The notes under the pieces: generated by a model
Seen by the model: the letters and a program-made list of their open reading frames with translations, nothing else
Database searches by the model: none
Told to the model about the DNA's origin: nothing
Translations under genes and position numbers: made by a program
Virus record (IMG/VR): IMGVR_UViG_3300045988_093856
Location: 1-64,000 of that record
Origin: a virus
Reading direction: 5' to 3' (one strand)
DNA: 64,000 nucleotides
Shown here: positions 61,398 to 64,000 of the stretch, one piece after another
Layout of the letters: every line of letters begins with the position of its first letter
How positions within the stretch are numbered: the stretch's first letter is position 1

Positions 61398-61637
61398 ATG
61401 CTAAAAATGTCGTTTTACGATGGCACTTTGGATAGAGCCAGGGCAAAGGAAGTTGTTGAGGCATCCGAAAAGCCTTTGATGTTCCGGTTTGGTTTCACAT
61501 ATAAGGGCGCAGAGAAAAGACCTATAACCAAGGAAAAGGCATTGAGCATTATTGAGGATTCCGGGAACTATCTGGATATTGAAGAAAGTGAGGCGGAAAT
61601 CCTTTTGAACACTTATTCAAGTAATGATATGTGGTAG
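61398..61637 (+). CDS. Hypothetical protein (79 aa)
   Basis: ORF only. Confidence 0.5.
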   Translation: MLKMSFYDGTLDRARAKEVVEASEKPLMFRFGFTYKGAEKRPITKEKALSIIEDSGNYLDIEESEAEILLNTYSSNDMW

Positions 61638-61643
61638 GGAGGT

Positions 61644-61835
61644 ATGAGCATGGGAGTTATTTCATTGACAGACAGAGAAGAAACATTGTTGAGCGATGCT
61701 TTATTGACTATGATAGATAATGCCGGGCAGGCCAAGCGTCTTGTGTGTGACACCGCATCGCAAAACGCCATTGATAGATATACAAAAGAATTGCAGGCAT
61801 TGAATACTAAGTTATGCCATACGGGTATTAAGTAG
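61644..61835 (+). CDS. Hypothetical protein (63 aa)
   Basis: ORF only. Confidence 0.45.
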   Translation: MSMGVISLTDREETLLSDALLTMIDNAGQAKRLVCDTASQNAIDRYTKELQALNTKLCHTGIK

Positions 61836-61853
61836 GAGAAAGGATCGAGAGCT

Positions 61854-63104
61854 ATGAGAAAGAAAAGCGCATTTATCAACAGTTTGGAGTTATTGAATAA
61901 GAACAGAAAAAGGCATGAGGCCCGCGAGCTTCTTAATGAGGGGTTGGCAGAATCTAATGCTCCGCGCTCCGCTTTCGCTCCGGCGTATGTGCCGAATGGC
62001 AAGCCCTGGGTACTTCCTTCTATTGAGGAAAATATGACCTATCATCTGGAATGGGCGCAGAAAGATATATCCGCCGATGTGGCTGCTATTGGTTCCGTTA
62101 TGGATAATGCCCGTCTTTCTTGTGAGATCGCCAAGGTAAACCAAGGTGCAATGCTTACGCAGTACCTTTTGAAGCCTACCGGAACAACCAAATTTGCTCA
62201 AGTTCTCAAATTGAAACGTGAGTTTATGGGGGCTTTCAATAACAATGCGATCAAGCTCTATCAGAATGGTTCTTATGTGGTAGTTGAGGTTTCTGGGGCA
62301 TCCAGTTCTGTCCGTGTGGCCGACATTCTCCGTTGCGATCAGTTCCGGGATAGTAAACGTATGACCGTAGCAATCGGAAAAGGTATTGACGGTTCTAATG
62401 TTCTGGCAGACATTGAGAAAATGCCCCACATGCTGATAGCTGGTACTACCGGTTCTGGTAAATCCGTATTTATTCAGGGTATGATTGTTTCTCTGCTTTT
62501 GAAACATTCTCCGGCAGACATGGAGCTTTACATGGTTGATCCCAAAATGGTTGAGTTCTCATATTATGAGCCGCTTTGTATGTGCCATGTGGTTACTGAG
62601 GTAAAGGATGCAGTTGCCCTTCTGGAAGAACTCTGCAAGGATATGGATGCTCGTTATCGTGAGTTGGCCGCTGCCGGTGTCCGTGACATTGATGAATATA
62701 ATGCCAAGGTCCCCTCTCCAATGAAACGCAAAGTCGTATTCGTAGACGAGTTGGCCGATCTGATTATGACAAGTAAGAAGTCTGTAGAAAACTGTATTGT
62801 AAGACTTGCACAGAAAGCTCGTGCCTGTGGCATCCACCTTGTACTTGCTACGCAGCGCCCTACTGTCAATGTCGTGACTGGCCTGATTAAGTCCAATATC
62901 CCGGTAAAGGTATGTTTCGCAGTTCCGTCCTATCGTGACTCCATGGTAATGCTTGACAAGGCCGGTGCGGAAAACCTTTTAGGCAAGGGAGATATGCTTT
63001 ATAGAACTGGAACCGGTGTTAATGCGGTTCGTCTGCAGGGCGGTTTCATTGATAGTACAGAAATCCACAATATTGTATATGAGCTTTTGAAGAATCAGGA
63101 ATAG
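61854..63104 (+). CDS. FtsK/SpoIIIE-family DNA translocase ATPase
   Basis: Walker A LIAGTTGSGKS, Walker B VVFVDELADL and the downstream LVLATQRP. Confidence 0.85.
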   Translation: MRKKSAFINSLELLNKNRKRHEARELLNEGLAESNAPRSAFAPAYVPNGKPWVLPSIEENMTYHLEWAQKDISADVAAIGSVMDNARLSCEIAKVNQGAMLTQYLLKPTGTTKFAQVLKLKREFMGAFNNNAIKLYQNGSYVVVEVSGASSSVRVADILRCDQFRDSKRMTVAIGKGIDGSNVLADIEKMPHMLIAGTTGSGKSVFIQGMIVSLLLKHSPADMELYMVDPKMVEFSYYEPLCMCHVVTEVKDAVALLEELCKDMDARYRELAAAGVRDIDEYNAKVPSPMKRKVVFVDELADLIMTSKKSVENCIVRLAQKARACGIHLVLATQRPTVNVVTGLIKSNIPVKVCFAVPSYRDSMVMLDKAGAENLLGKGDMLYRTGTGVNAVRLQGGFIDSTEIHNIVYELLKNQE

Positions 63105-63113
63105 GAGACAGTT

Positions 63114-63383
63114 ATGGAAGTGAAAATTATCGCACCTGGTATTGAATGTAAGGTAACAAATTGTGGCATTGCGGCAAGAATTGTTCCCGAACTTATGGAT
63201 CGTATTTTCTATGATGAAGATTGTCACAGGGATGTAATCACATTGCACTTCGGCGATGAAGAAGGCTGCACAGAAATCTATGTAAAAGAAGATATTGCTT
63301 TTATTATAAATGGCAAGGAATATTGTGTGCCGGATGCTGTGAATGTTGTAACCGAATTGATATGTGAGAAGTTCTTTCAATAA
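63114..63383 (+). CDS. Hypothetical protein (89 aa)
   Basis: ORF only. Confidence 0.5.
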   Translation: MEVKIIAPGIECKVTNCGIAARIVPELMDRIFYDEDCHRDVITLHFGDEEGCTEIYVKEDIAFIINGKEYCVPDAVNVVTELICEKFFQ

Positions 63384-63401
63384 ACAGAGAGGAAATATGT
63401 T

Positions 63402-63989
63402 ATGGCAGGAAAGACAACTGTGGCCTGTACGCATGAGCAGTACCAGACCTTAATCACAACTTTATATGAGGGTATTGGAGATTCCGTTCTACCTAATCCC
63501 CGGATCGCAACCGTTCTTGTGGTTGAGGCAAACACAGGATTGAGAATTGGCGATATTCTCCGCCTCCGGCGTTCCTCTTTTGTCCGTACTTCCACCGGCC
63601 ACCGCTTTGATATTGTGGAAGAAAAGACTGGAAAGACCAGGACATTTAAGGTCCAGGAAAAGGTTTACACATTCCTTTTGGAATATGCCGATACGGAGCG
63701 CATCGAAGGCGATGATTTAATATTCCCTATCACTGTCCGGGCAGTCCAGAAACATTTGAAAAAGGTCTGTGATTATCTGGGTAGGGATTATGAGGATGTA
63801 TCGACTCACTCTTTCAGAAAGTATTTTGGGACGGAAATCTATTACAAAAATGGTAAGGATATTGAACTTGTTCGCCGCCTATATCAGCATAGTTCCGCCG
63901 CTGTCACAGCTCGTTATCTTGGCATTACAGACGAGAAAATTGAGCAAGCCTTAGATTCTCACGTTGATATTATTTATCGTCCGAAATAA
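63402..63989 (+). CDS. Minimal (195-aa, catalytic-domain-only) tyrosine recombinase
   Basis: GLRIGD (Arg I), THSFRKYF (HxxR), LYQHSS (His) and TARYL (Tyr nucleophile). Its size is comparable to FimB/FimE-type invertases. Confidence 0.8.
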   Translation: MAGKTTVACTHEQYQTLITTLYEGIGDSVLPNPRIATVLVVEANTGLRIGDILRLRRSSFVRTSTGHRFDIVEEKTGKTRTFKVQEKVYTFLLEYADTERIEGDDLIFPITVRAVQKHLKKVCDYLGRDYEDVSTHSFRKYFGTEIYYKNGKDIELVRRLYQHSSAAVTARYLGITDEKIEQALDSHVDIIYRPK

Positions 63990-64000
63990 GGCTTATGGAG

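Noticed and set aside
1-64000. Prophage/host junctions inside the window.
   Set aside because: Every segment has phage-type content, and the integrase is internal with phage genes on both sides. No host housekeeping genes or att duplications were seen.

Overview
The window reads as a large (>64 kb) temperate siphovirus-type phage genome of a Firmicutes/Clostridia-like host. It appears to be in its non-integrated permutation, because the integrase sits in the middle with phage genes on both sides. All calls come from hand translation, hand folding and motif recognition; no searches were run.

Layout, left to right:
1. 1-12317, minus strand: early, replication and recombination module. It holds a C5 cytosine methyltransferase, zinc-ribbon protein, helicase-loader-like protein, replisome organizer, RusA, two HNH proteins, a PD-(D/E)XK exonuclease, RecT, an SMC-like ATPase, a secreted lytic transglycosylase, a cold-shock protein and a Cro-like repressor.
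2. 12318-14869: lysogeny switch with back-to-back promoters, a CI/LexA-like repressor, a tyrosine integrase and a candidate attP with GTATATTA arm-type repeats.
3. 14870-57561, minus strand: late operon. Reading from high to low coordinates: small HTH regulator, TerS, about 8 kb of small accessory genes, TerL, a 9.6 kb island, portal, head genes, tail genes, a diversity-generating retroelement (DGR) on the distal tail-fibre gene, then holins and endolysin.
4. 57562-64000, plus strand: divergent module of small unknown genes ending in an FtsK/SpoIIIE-like ATPase and a minimal tyrosine recombinase.

Main items for follow-up:
- Downstream of the methyltransferase catalytic core there is an array of at least 9 tandem target-recognition-domain (TRD)-like modules. 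They are spread over three reading frames, and six 7-11 nt G-runs sit on the conserved Gly-Gly-Gly of the modules.
- The TerL-portal island carries about 9 readable tRNAs, at least 6 tRNA-like genes whose anticodon region is replaced or expanded, two HNH endonucleases, HU, an SF2 helicase fused to Myb-like repeats, and a DUF2828/vWA protein. The tRNA-like genes share a conserved hairpin plus an ACAGCAAT(T)AC motif present in 7 or more copies.
- The DGR is complete but has no Avd gene. Its TR and VR differ at 13 of 103 positions, all at TR adenines and all at codon positions 1 or 2.
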